Below, piece after piece: positions 1-10,689 of a stretch of DNA of 42,016 bases. This DNA is from Octopus sinensis. Its lineage: Eukaryota. Both the position numbers and the translations under genes were made by a program. The notes under the pieces were generated by a model. It had not been told where the DNA came from. It did no database searches and was given only the letters and a program-made list of their open reading frames with translations. The stretch covers positions 1 to 42,016 of the forward strand of contig NW_021835217.1 of assembly GCF_006345805.1 (NCBI RefSeq), given 5' to 3'. Every line of letters starts with the position of its first letter. Position 1 is the first letter of the stretch.

Positions 1-90
1 CCACCGCTGATGAGCTACACTAGTTGTAATCCACCTCTGATACGTGGCACTTGATAAACAAGGGAGTTCGATGCTGCTGCCCGCATCATG
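1..90 (-). mobile_element. Short 3'-region fragment of a CR1/L2-group LINE, running off the window start
   Basis: 1-87 is a near copy, with small indels, of 355-443 in the adjacent LINE. Confidence 0.7.
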
Positions 91-91
91 G

Positions 92-124
<33 letters not shown>

Positions 125-298
125 GTATATGTATATATGTATATGTATATATGTATATATATGTATATGTATATATATGTATATATGAATATATATGTAT
201 ATGTATATATATGTATATGTATATATATGTATATATGTATCTATGTATATGTATATATGTATCTATGTATATGTATATATATATCTATATATATATCC
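91..298. repeat. (TA)n/(TATG)n microsatellite
   Basis: Read directly; explains the Y/I/M/C-rich ORFs 44..310 and 88..303. Confidence 0.97.
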
Positions 299-1310
299 TA
301 TAATCCTTAAATCCTTAAAATGTTTTAGCCCGAAGGCCGCGGCCATCTGGGGCCACCACCGCTGAATGAGCCACACTATTTGTGAATCCACTCTGATACG
401 TGGCACTTGATCAACAAAGGAGTTCGATGCTGCTGCCCGCATCCGTGTTCTCCTGTCGTGAGGTAGGTTCATCTGGGACTCCCAACAAGAAGAGATCCAG
501 TTTAGTTTTAAAAGAAACCCACATCCACACCATGTAATCTCTCAGGCATTTAGGGAGGATGTTAAGAGCTGTGGTCCTCTGAACCCAAGGTGTTGCAGTA
601 TCTGGACCTGTATTTTGATGGTGATTTGGAATCCTTGGCACCACGCAGCGGCGCCCCGTGTTCTGTGGTTGGAGTAAACTTTGAAGCCAAAGTTTGGGAC
701 AAGACCCTCCAGATTTTCCAGATGTATATCACTGCATATCTCCCGCCTCCGCTCCAGGGAGAAGAGGTTTAATACCTTCAGTCTTTCCCAGTAGCTGAAT
801 TTTGCATTGAGACGATTTTCTTTTGTGTAGCTTCTCTGAGTTGCTTCGAGTTCTGCTGTTTGTTTTTCTATTGTGTGGTGACCAAAGTGGAGCAGTAGTT
901 CCAAGCGCTGAGGACAAATGTTTTCCATAGGACCATCAGTGTCTCCTTCTCTCTTGTTCTGAAAGTCCGGAGAATCCATCCAGCTAGCCGTCTGCATTTT
1001 ATCACCAAGATTAGCAATATGCATTTGGAAAGATGCATCATTGCTCATGTCAATGCCCAGGTCACGCACTGATTTTGACTCAGGGATTGCAATTCTTCCT
1101 GGCCAGTGTATCCAGTCTTCACGTCATTTACCTTGTGTGCCAGTAGCGCAGGGCCTGGAACTTACCTGCATTAAACTGCATGTTGTTGTCCTCAGCCCAC
1201 CTGTATATTGTGTCCAGCTCATGTTGCAGATGCGCAATATTTTCAGGGTTTTGTATTGCGTGGGAGACTTTTGTGTCATCTGCATAGCTAGCAAGGGTGG
1301 TCATCGTAGC
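296..1310 (-). mobile_element. 5'-truncated CR1/L2-group LINE: RT C-terminus, 3' end and (TTAAGGA)n tail
   Basis: Minus strand has YADD (revcomp of gtcatctgcata near 1275), ORF 542..1069 LKVLNLFSLERRRE...LEGLVPNFG and VPDEPTSRQ. Short tandem tail at 296-320; several frameshifts. Confidence 0.88.
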
Positions 1311-1447
1311 AACTATATATATATTACAGTATTACAGCAAACATTCTGTACAATCTATTGTACATACTTCTCCTTAAAAAAAAATAATTAAAAGTAATCA
1401 ACAACACAAACGACCAAAATAAAATTTAATAAAACATATCCACCAGA

Positions 1448-2707
1448 ATGGCTAGCCCCCAAAAATCCAACAAAAACTGGTCTGATAATGAAGTGGACGT
1501 TCTTATCAACACATGGCATGGCCTTACTGAAACAGAGAGCATAGGTGCTTCATGTCTGAACGAAATTGCTAAACGAACAGTTCACCATTTGCAAACTCGA
1601 TCTGAACAGCAGATACAAAATAAATTAAAACAAATCGAAGTTGCTTTTAAATTAATAAATAAACACTCTGATAAACTGAGATGTGTTTTCTCTTGGAATG
1701 AAGCATCACTGGCGCAACAACAACTACAACCTCAACAACAAACTCAGCGGCAACAACAACAACAGATACAGCAACAACAACAACAACTTCAGCAGCAACA
1801 ACCTTAGCGGCAACAACAACAGGATGAACCACTCCTTGATTCATCTACAATGGTTGGAAACAATTGACCCCCCAGTCATCAGGGTCACACAGCAGGAAGC
1901 ACCACCCCTTCCTTTCACTACCCCAGCAGCTCAATCATCATCATCATTGTCAACACCATCTCCTCTGCTTACTACTACTAGTACTACTCCCACTATGTAT
2001 TGATAAACATCTTTGTCTACCGCTATCTCATGGAATTTTGTCCAGCTCACATTGCAGGCATTTAGTTGAAAAAAGTCACCCCCACCTGGTAGGCACCCAT
2101 GAAGAAAACTCCAGTGAGAAACCTGCCCGGGAAGTAAACCCAAGTGCAAGTGCTCCTACCAGTACCAAAAGCCATGGAGATGAAAGAACCAAAAAAGGAG
2201 GAAAAACTAAAAGAAAAACTCAAACAAAACTAAAAAATGAAACAGCCAAGAATAGAAGTAAAACTGACTAATCCATATACCAAAAAGGATGGAAACAAAC
2301 AGCACACACGGGTGTGTAGGTTCTACCTGAGAGGTACCTGCTGGCATGGAAAGGAAGGTGCAGGCTGCCGTTTTGCACATCGGGGACCCTGCCGCAGAGA
2401 CACGAAACAGATCAGAAACAAACTAACAAATGGAAAAGGGATGGACCATGCACCACCTGCCCCAAAATGGAGGTACGCAGATGTGGTGCGTGCCACAAAC
2501 GGCCAACATGATGTTGTTGAAAGGGCAGCTGCTGAACAAGAATCTTTTTTGTGCATGGCACAAAAGATTGTACAGCAGCTAACCTGGCTTCATCAAACTC
2601 AAGCTCGCAGATGGGACTACCCACAATATACAAGACCACCACAGCAAATAGACCCTGGGTGGACACCGCCGGCAACAGCATACACCTCACCTCGATGCTC
2701 CTACTGA
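1448..2707 (+). pseudogene. LINE ORF1, disrupted: Myb/SANT-like N-terminus, polyQ, S/T/P-rich linker, basic region, CCCH zinc finger
   Basis: Pieces in ORFs 1448..1807, 1683..2003, 1864..2271 and 2237..2707. CRFYLRGTCWHGKEGAGCRFAH is C-x7-C-x8-C-x3-H. The stop at 2707 overlaps the ORF2 start. Confidence 0.7.
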
Positions 2708-5589
2708 ACATCTGAGGACTGCAAACACTCAGTAACAGGACAAAAATCCCGTTCTTGAGAGACTTTGTCGCATGCAATCAAGCCTTATGCATAGCACTTA
2801 CGGAAACGCACCTGAAACCGGACATAGCAGATGCGGAATTACACATACCACAGTATGTTGTACTACGGACCGACAGAAAAGAAAGGAGTCATGGAGAAGT
2901 TGCTATGTACATCTGTGAGGACCTCACACCCCAGGTCCTTTTGTCATACTCAAACTCGGTGTGTGACACACTAATTGTACACATAAGGCAACTTGATGTA
3001 GTTGTGTGTGCTACATATCGCCCTCCAGATGCCCCAAGCCATGTAGGCAAGTTTGAAGACTGCCTTATAAAAATAGAAGAAGTTCTAATCACATTAGAAC
3101 AACACATAAGTGTACATCTTATGGGAGACTTCAATCTACCCAATGTCAGATGGCCCGAGGGCCTTTCTCTCCCAGGAATGACATGATGTGAACGAGGACA
3201 GGTGAGGTCCCTCTTGAACCTCATCAACACCCTGTACATGGAGCAAGTAATACTCCAACCAACCAGGGCAGGTAACACACTGGATCTCTGCTTCACAAAT
3301 AATATGGATCTCATCCATAATGTGAAAGTGACACCGACACTACTCTCGGATCACAACATGGTAGAGCTGACCATGTACGGGCCAAAGGAAAGCATGGACA
3401 TGCAGCCTACAAAAAACCCTCAGAATCTTTCCAGCTTGAACTTCCATAAGGCAAACTGGAAACAAATTGAGAAAGAGATCCTCAAACAAAACTGGCCTGA
3501 ATGTCTCTCCTCGCCAGATATCGACGTGAAACTTCAACAATTCATGTCTGTAATGCAAGCCATATGCTACAAATGTGTCCCAGAGAGAAAGGCCACTGTA
3601 CACAAGAACAAAATCCCCAGAGAGAGGAAAATTTTAATCAGACGGTGTACAAAAATTTCAAATTGCCTAAACAAACAAATTGAAAGCAGTGAAAAGTCCC
3701 GCCTGAAAATAAAACTATTGGAAATTGAAAAATGTCTGCAACTATCCCATGAAAAGGAAAGAGCAGACAAAGAAGCCTGGGCTATAGACAACATAAAATC
3801 TAACCCCAGAGCTTTCTACAGGTATGCCAAAGAAACAGCTACGGTGCACTGTAGGATAGGGCCACTCCTTGAAAAGGATGGCACACTCACAGGAAATCCA
3901 ATGAGGGTAAGTGAAATACTGAATGAGCAATTCAAGAGTGTTTTCACTCCACCCCTTGGGCATTTCCAATCACCAATCCAACTGACTTCTTTACCACTGC
4001 AGATATAAAATCAGAGGCAGCGGCGGCGACGATAGATTACATCGATATAAAGGAAGACGATATAATAAAGGCTATAGATGAATGAAAACAGACTCAGCTA
4101 CTGGCCCCGATGGATTCCCGGTAATCCTCCTAAAAGTATGTAAGAGAGTCCTAGCAAGACCACTGCAGTTCCTCTTTCAGAGCTTCCTTGCAGCTGGCAA
4201 ACTTCCAAGAAACTGAAGGAAGGTAATAAGATATGCCCTATTCATAAAGGAGGTAGCAGAGCGGAGGCCAAGAACTACAGACCTATCTCTCTGACCTCAC
4301 ACATCAGCAAGGTCATGGAACGAATAGTCAGAAGGAAACTGATCACCTTCCTTGAAGAAAATGACTTGTGCCTGACACCCAACATGGTTTCCGACCAGGA
4401 AGAAGCTGCTTAACTCAGCTCCTACCAACACTATGACTGGGTGCTGAAACGACTGCTCAACCACTCAAATGTGGAAGTGATATATCTCGACTTTGCAAAG
4501 GCCTTTGATAAAGTCGATCATGGAATGATATGTCACAAACTGCGTGATCTTAGCATAGTTGGAAAACTGGGAGAATGGCTTCATGACTTTCTGAAAGATA
4601 GAAGTCAGGTGGTAGTAGCCAATGGGGCCACTTCCATTAACACGCAAATAGTGAGCGGTGTTCCGCAGGGCACTGTTTTGGGACCACTACTGTTCATAAT
4701 GGCCCTCTCAGACATGCCCTCAGCCACGCAGAGAGCCACGATCACAAGTTATGCAGATGATACAAAAGTTTCACAGGCAATACAGAACCTGAGGACACTA
4801 AACGCCTGCAATGTGAGCTGGACAAAATATACAAGTGGGCTGAAAAGAATAGCATGCAGTTCAATGCTGAAAAGTTTCAAGCTTTATGCTATCAGCATGC
4901 AAAACTAAATGCAGTACCCAATGAATACACTGGACCCGGAGGAATAGCAATCCCAGAGGCACAATCAGTGCGTGACCTGGGTATTTACATGAGTGATGAC
5001 GCAACCTTTCGTGTTCATGTTGCTAAATTGGCAATGAAATGTAGACGACTGGCCGGATGGATTCTCAGAACCTTTAGAACAAGAGAACAAGAAACCATGA
5101 TGGTCCTCTGGAGGACACTTGTCCTAAGCCACTTTGACTATTGCTCTCAGTTATGGTCACCATCCAGTGTCAAGTTGATCACAGAGCTCGAGGCGATCCA
5201 GCGTAGCTACACGAAGAAGATAGCCTCTATGCAGAAAGTAAGCTACTGGGAAAGACTCAAGAGATTAAAACTATATTCCTTGGAGCGTAGGCGGGAAAGA
5301 TATGCCATAAAATACATCTGGAAGATCCTGGAGGGACGTGTCCCAAACTTTGGCATCGAGAGTTACACAAATGCTAGAACTGGGCGCCACTGCATGGTGC
5401 CTAGGACTCCAAATTGCCATCAAGATGTAGAGACCTGCATGGGGTGGATGCAGATGTCTTTAAAATGAAACTGGATCTTCCTGTCAGGTGTCCCAGATGA
5501 ACCAACTTCACGGCAGGAGGTGCAGATGAGGGCAGCTGCATCGAACTCTCTTCATGCACCAAATGGCAGTTGCTAGAAAGCGTTTGTGA
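2695..5589 (+). pseudogene. LINE ORF2, AP endonuclease + reverse transcriptase, with stops and frameshifts
   Basis: MLLLNI*GL (TGA at 2713, likely CGA decay), CIALTETHL, LMGDFNLP, LDLCF...SDHNMV, YLDFAKAFDKVDH, SGVPQGTVLGPLLF, YADD, LYSLERRRERY. Confidence 0.92.
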
Positions 5590-5678
5590 AGTAAAACCAA
5601 GTAGCAACACCAAATGGCGGTACCCCAGCATGGCCACAGCTCATGAGCTGAAACTAGAATCAATCAATCAATCAATCA

Positions 5679-5720
5679 TATGTATATATATATGTATATA
5701 TATATATGTATATATATATG

Positions 5721-5755
<35 letters not shown>

Positions 5756-5765
5756 GTGTGTATAT
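5679..5765. repeat. (TA)n microsatellite
   Basis: Read directly. Confidence 0.95.
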
Positions 5766-5944
5766 AAGCACCCACTACACTCACGGAGTGGTTGGCGTTA
5801 GGAAGGGCATCCAGCTGTAGAAACACTGCCAGATAAGACTGGAGCCTGGTGCAGCCTTCTGGCTTCCCAGATCCCCGGTCGAACCGTCCAACCCATGCTA
5901 GCATGGAGAACGGACGTTAAACGATGATGATGATGATGATGATG
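5766..5944 (+). mobile_element. RTE LINE 3' end (or RTE-derived short element) with (GAT)n tail
   Basis: cccactacactc..gagtggttggcgttaggaagggcatccag...aacggacgttaaacgatgatgat, the same sequence that ends the RT-bearing RTE copies at 33295-33463 and 38375-38541. Confidence 0.88.
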
Positions 5945-5966
5945 ATATATATATGTGTATATATAT

Positions 5967-7200
5967 ATTACTTATAGAGAGTAAAGGCATGTTTTTGCTA
6001 ATGTTTGCAACGATAAACACATTCTTTAAATGTGTTTACAAGAGAATTCTCTGAGAACAGGATGAGATAGAGTCCTCCAAAACAGGAACAAGATTTACCT
6101 TTATATGGAAAGGACCTAGATAGAATATTCCATTCCAAATTAAATTGTTTATTATGTTTCTTCAGAGACCAAATTTATTTACTAAGCCCAGTATTGTTGC
6201 ATTTATTGATATGTCTAAATGTAGAGTAATGGTTAGATATTCTTTTGGACAACTGAGATGAAGAACTACCTATGTAAAAAAAATAGACATCAGAACTGGA
6301 ATAATTTTACATTGATAAACAGAGTTTCTAGTTTTAGAATTACTGCTATGGAAACATACAATTGGAATTTATATCAGAAATACTAATATTGTTATTATTG
6401 TTCAAAGAATGGTTGGTGTTAATAATATGAATGTTATTTTCATTAAGTGGATTTGTATTTAACAACTTATTGTCATGTGGAAAGATGATTTGTGAAAGGT
6501 TTTTGGTGTTTGAAAAACCTATTCTGATTCGATGTGAATTGATAATAGAATGGTATCTTGAAGTTTTGGGGAAATTCATATCCATAGCTTCAGGAAACTG
6601 GTAAGGGAGGTTGGATTTGATCTGCTTACCATGTGGAATTATCAACCAAACAGTTTTACATTGTTATTAGGGTAATTATCTTTAAAAGTCTTAGATGTAC
6701 TTTTATAACGAAAAAAGGGTCTTAAAGAACGGTTTTCTCCCTTATGCTGCAAAATCAAATTTTTCAATGTGGTGTTGTTATTCAAACTAAAATTTATATT
6801 GTTATTACTGTTATGCCATGATTTCATGTCTTGATCAATAGAGGTAGAATTAATGTCAATAGGGTTAATACAGGTAATTTTTTTCTTTGTAGCCTGCTTT
6901 AAGTAAAGCAGAGTTATAAAATTCAGGTTTTTCGTTGAAGATAATCGAGAAAGTCTAGGTGAAATATTTCTAACTAAATTCCTTGTAAAAGCCTTTGAAT
7001 GATTACTGAAAGAGCTAATATATTTTTAATTAGTTGAGGGGTTATGGTATAGGAAATATGAATCATTATATAAGTTAAGGGTAGGCAAAAACATACCTTT
7101 AGTTCCTATAAGTAATTTCTACCAATCTATAAAATTTGACCTTTAACTGTCTTATATTTCATTTCCACTAAATATATCTATTTCCATGCCTTTAAACTTT
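5967..7200 (-). mobile_element. Penelope-like element fragment A: RT thumb + C-terminal GIY-YIG endonuclease, decayed
   Basis: Minus-strand translation gives TLNLYNDSY...SNHSK...ISPRLSRLSS, FPKTSRYHSIINSHRIRIGFSNTKNLSQII, SVYQCKI, YIGSSSSQLSKRISNHYSTFRH, LSK*IWSLK, LEWNILSR, CKH*QKH. This is a GIY-YIG layout (VY...YIG...R...H). Confidence 0.8.
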
Positions 7201-7337
7201 ATTCCCCAGTCATCTATTGCACTACATTTCTCCACTCTTGGTTTTCTGCCCTTTTCTTTCTTTCTCCTCCTTCTCTTTCTCTAAATTGCATTTGACGTTA
7301 AATCTATTAATGGTTTTTAAAAAAAATAACTTGCCAG

Positions 7338-8293
7338 CATTCCCTTCATCATATACACAGTCATCACATTCCCTTCATCATATACACAGTCATCACATTC
7401 CCTTCATCATATACGCAGTCATCACATTCCCTTCATCATATACGCAGTCATCACATTCCCTTCATCATATACGCAGTCATCACATTCCCTTCATCATATA
7501 CGCAGTCATCACATTCCCTTCATCATATACGCAGTCATCACATTCCCTTCATCATATACGCAGTCATCACATTCCCTTCATCATATACCAGTCATCACAT
7601 TCCCTTCATCATATACGCAGTCATCACATTCCCTTCATCATATACGCAGTCATCACATTCCCTTCATCATATACGCAGTCATCACATTCCCTTTCATATA
7701 CGCAGTCATCACATTCCCTTCATCATATACGCAGTCATCACATTCCTTCATCATATACGCAGTCATCACCTCCCTTCATCATATACGCAGTCATCACATT
7801 CCCTTCATCATATACGCAGTCATCACATTCCCTTCATCATATACGCAGTCATCACATTCCCTTCATCATATACGCATCATCACATTCCCATCATCATATA
7901 CGCAGTCATCACATTCCCTTCATCATATACGCAGTCATCACATTCCCTTCATCATATACGCAGTCATCACATTCCCTTCATCATATACGCAGTCATCACA
8001 TTCCCTTCATCATATACGCAGTCATCACATTCCCTTCATCATATACGCAGTCATCACATTCCCTTCATCATATACGCAGTCATCACATTCCCTTCATCAT
8101 ATACGCAGTCATCACATTCCCTTCATCATATACGCAGTCATCACATTCCCTTCATCATATACGCAGTCATCACATTCCCTTCATCATATACGCAGTCATC
8201 ACATTCCCTTCATCATATACGCAGTCATCACATTCCCTTCATCATATACGCAGTCATCACATTCCCTTCATCATATACGCAGTCATCACATTC
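7338..8293. repeat. 29-bp minisatellite, about 33 copies
   Basis: Unit CATTCCCTTCATCATATACGCAGTCATCA, mostly identical with a few indel variants. Confidence 0.97.
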
Positions 8294-8330
8294 GGTTAAA
8301 ATGGCTTTCACATACACACATCCCTATATC

Positions 8331-9578
8331 CATCCCATAAATAATGCAGTTTTTCAATTGCATGAACTAAAAGTCAGAGGTGGGGTGGGATAAACTACCT
8401 GCATCAACTTGCTATAAAAGCAATTAGTAATTCTATCTTGTATTTATTCTTAGTGTAAGTTTTGAAGAGTGCAGTTCAATTTTAAGTTATATTTTCAAAG
8501 CTATAATGGCAGTGACAAAGGAGCATATTCAGTATATTTTACTTTCTGAGTTCAATAAGGGCAACGGCGCAACGGAAAGTGTGAGGAATATTAATGCAGT
8601 ATATGGGGATCGGACATTAAGCGTAAGTCAGTGTCAACGGTGGTTCCAGAAATTCTGAGCTGGAAACTACAGCCCAGAAGACAAGCCTCATCCTGGAAGA
8701 TCGGTAGAGCTTGATTAGGACATCCTGCAAACCCTAGTGAAACAAAATCCCATTATAATTGTTGAAGAACTAGCAGAGAAGCTGCTTGGATTTGGTCATT
8801 CATTGACACTTGTGTGCCATCAGAAAAGTCAGCAAATGGGGTCAATGGGTTCCTCACAAACTTTCTGAGTCTAATCACATGCAGAGAGTGAATGTGTTCT
8901 CTTCTTTGCTGTCACATCTCACAAATTAACCTTTCTTGGACCGAATAGTGACTGGTGACAAGAAATATGTTCTCTATAAAAATGTCAAGTGCCAAAGACA
9001 GTGGGTAGGGAAAGGAGAAATACTGGCACCCCAGGCTAAAGAAGGTCTTCACCCATGGACGGTGTTATCTGTTTGGTGAGATATGAAAGGTTTAATCCAT
9101 TTCGAACTTTTAAATCCAAACCAAACAATAACAAAGGAGGTCTGCAGCAGCACTAGAAGAAAAATTACCATCTTTGGTTTCAAGACGAAAGCTGTTCTTC
9201 CATCAGGATGATGCTTGGCTATGTACAGCGAGGATGATATTCCAAAGGTTGGAGCAGTTTGAATGGGAAATGATGCCCCACCCACCATATTCACCGAATA
9301 TTGAACCCATCTGATTATCATTTATTCTGCAGTTGTTAAAATCATTTGGATGGAAAAAACATGAATTCTGTAGATGAGGTCAGAAGAGTACTGAAGGAGT
9401 ATTTTTTGTCACAGACAAAGTGAATTTTGGAAGATGGGCCTTGTAAGTCAACCAGATAAATGGAAAAGCATTGTAGAAAATGAAGGAGAGTGTATTTCAA
9501 ATTAAAAATGAACTTTATCTTAATTTTGAAAAATAAAAGAAGTAAAAAATAACTGCATTATTCATGGGATGACCCAAT
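8331..9578 (+). mobile_element. Mariner-family DNA transposon, decayed transposase about 8506-9507
   Basis: MAVTKEHIQYILLSEFNKG...QCQRWFQKF, WVPHKL, IVTGDKKYVLYKN and a YSP..PSDYHLF-like motif. Left catcccataaataatgcagtt (8331-8351) matches the revcomp of right aactgcattattcatgggatg (9551-9571) at 20/21; the left TIR lacks its outer bases. Confidence 0.88.
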
Positions 9579-10149
9579 GTGTGTGTGTGTGTGTGTTGTG
9601 TGTGTGTGTGTAAGCATTCATTTGTAGATGGTACCACAAAAGTGAAAATGAAAATCATTATGTTCTATCTATTTGTTCAGTAATTTCTACAAAGAAATTT
9701 TAGTTTAATATTTTTCACCTCACATAACTGACCTATACATACATACACAAATACACAAACATACATAAATACATACATAAAAAATACATGAACAAAAGCA
9801 ATTTGTAAAAATATTTTTAAAAGATATGTATTTGTGTGTGTTTGAATGTTCGATTTGCTTGTGGGCATGAAAAACAATGAATGTGTGTGTGTGTGTGCAA
9901 CTGTGTGTTTCACTGTTCAGCAGAAAAAGAAGATTCAAGAAATAAAAACTTTTTACTGAAATTGCTGAACAAAGAGGTAAAACAGAATGATTTCCACTTT
10001 CATTTTTGCAATACCATTTCCAAAAGAATGCCTGTATATGTATGTGTATATATACATACATATATATTAGGGTTGGGTAAGGAGACAACAATGATGTGGC
10101 TAAAGTGTATGTGTGTGTGTGTATGAAGTTCATGTGTGTGTATATCTTA

Positions 10150-10367
10150 TTTCTGTATTGCACACAAGGGGCTAAACACAGGGGACAAACAAAGACATTA
10201 AGTCGATTACATCGACTCCAGTGCATAACTGGTACTTAATTTATTGACCCCGAAAGGATGAAAAGCAAAGTCGACCTTGGCGAAATTTGAACTCAGAACG
10301 TAATGGCAGACGAAATACCGCTAAGCATTTTGCCCGGTGTGCTAACATTTCTGCCAGCTCGCCACCT
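10150..10367 (-). mobile_element. tRNA-derived SINE
   Basis: Revcomp starts ggtggcgagctggcagaa (A-box-like) and has ctgagttcaaat (B-box-like). Related + copies at about 16035-16250 and 29765-29930. Confidence 0.75.
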
Positions 10368-10689
10368 TATTTTGTGTGTATATCTGTAAGGGCGCTTGTG
10401 TGTATGTGTGTGAGGATATCTTGGGGGATGTATGTGGGTTAAGCTGGATTGAGATGTCAGGTGGAATAGGGGTGACAAAGGAGGTTAGTGTTGGGAGATG
10501 TGGACCTGTGACGATATACATGTTGCTGTATGTCTGGGGAAGGGAGTGTATGGTGTGCATGTGTGTAGGTTTATGTTTATACTGTAGGGTCATAATGGTG
10601 TGTGGTGTGGGTGATGAGTATAATGGTGTAGAGAAGGTGTGTGGTAAGTAGAGGAGGAAGAGTGGGAGGTGTGTGTGTGTGTAAATGAG

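Larger units (their letters stand above)
1325..5678 (+). mobile_element. Near full-length, decayed CR1/L2-group LINE (ORF1, APE-RT ORF2, (CAAT)n tail)
   Basis: Two-ORF layout, APE and RT motifs, 3' stem-loop and CAAT tail at about 5660-5678; both ends abut TA-rich tracts. The 5' boundary is approximate. Confidence 0.88.

Noticed and set aside
6-40. CTGATGA at 7-13 as a hammerhead core
   Set aside because: No stem II or GAAA follows, and the duplicate at about 361 reads CTGAATGA; it is antisense LINE sequence.
1683-1850. Poly-Asn and poly-Val ORFs
   Set aside because: Alternative frames or antisense of the ORF1 CAA repeat.
356-5678. Twin-priming inversion explaining the head-to-head LINE pair
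   Set aside because: Both pieces have their own 3' ends with different tails and are clearly diverged, so they are independent insertions.
5967-6400. Selenocysteine recoding in PLE fragment A, as reported for some Naiad elements
   Set aside because: The in-frame stops I read are TAA/TAG, not TGA at Cys positions; the copy is simply decayed.
7217-8299. 360-aa ORF with a 29-aa His/Ser repeat
   Set aside because: Artefact of a stop-free 29-bp minisatellite read through three frames; TTG start, no splice or homology support.
7338-8352. Resemblance of the minisatellite unit to the adjacent mariner TIR, and TGATGA motifs on its minus strand
   Set aside because: The similarity is short, gapped and low-complexity, and there is no CUGANGA/GAAA core.
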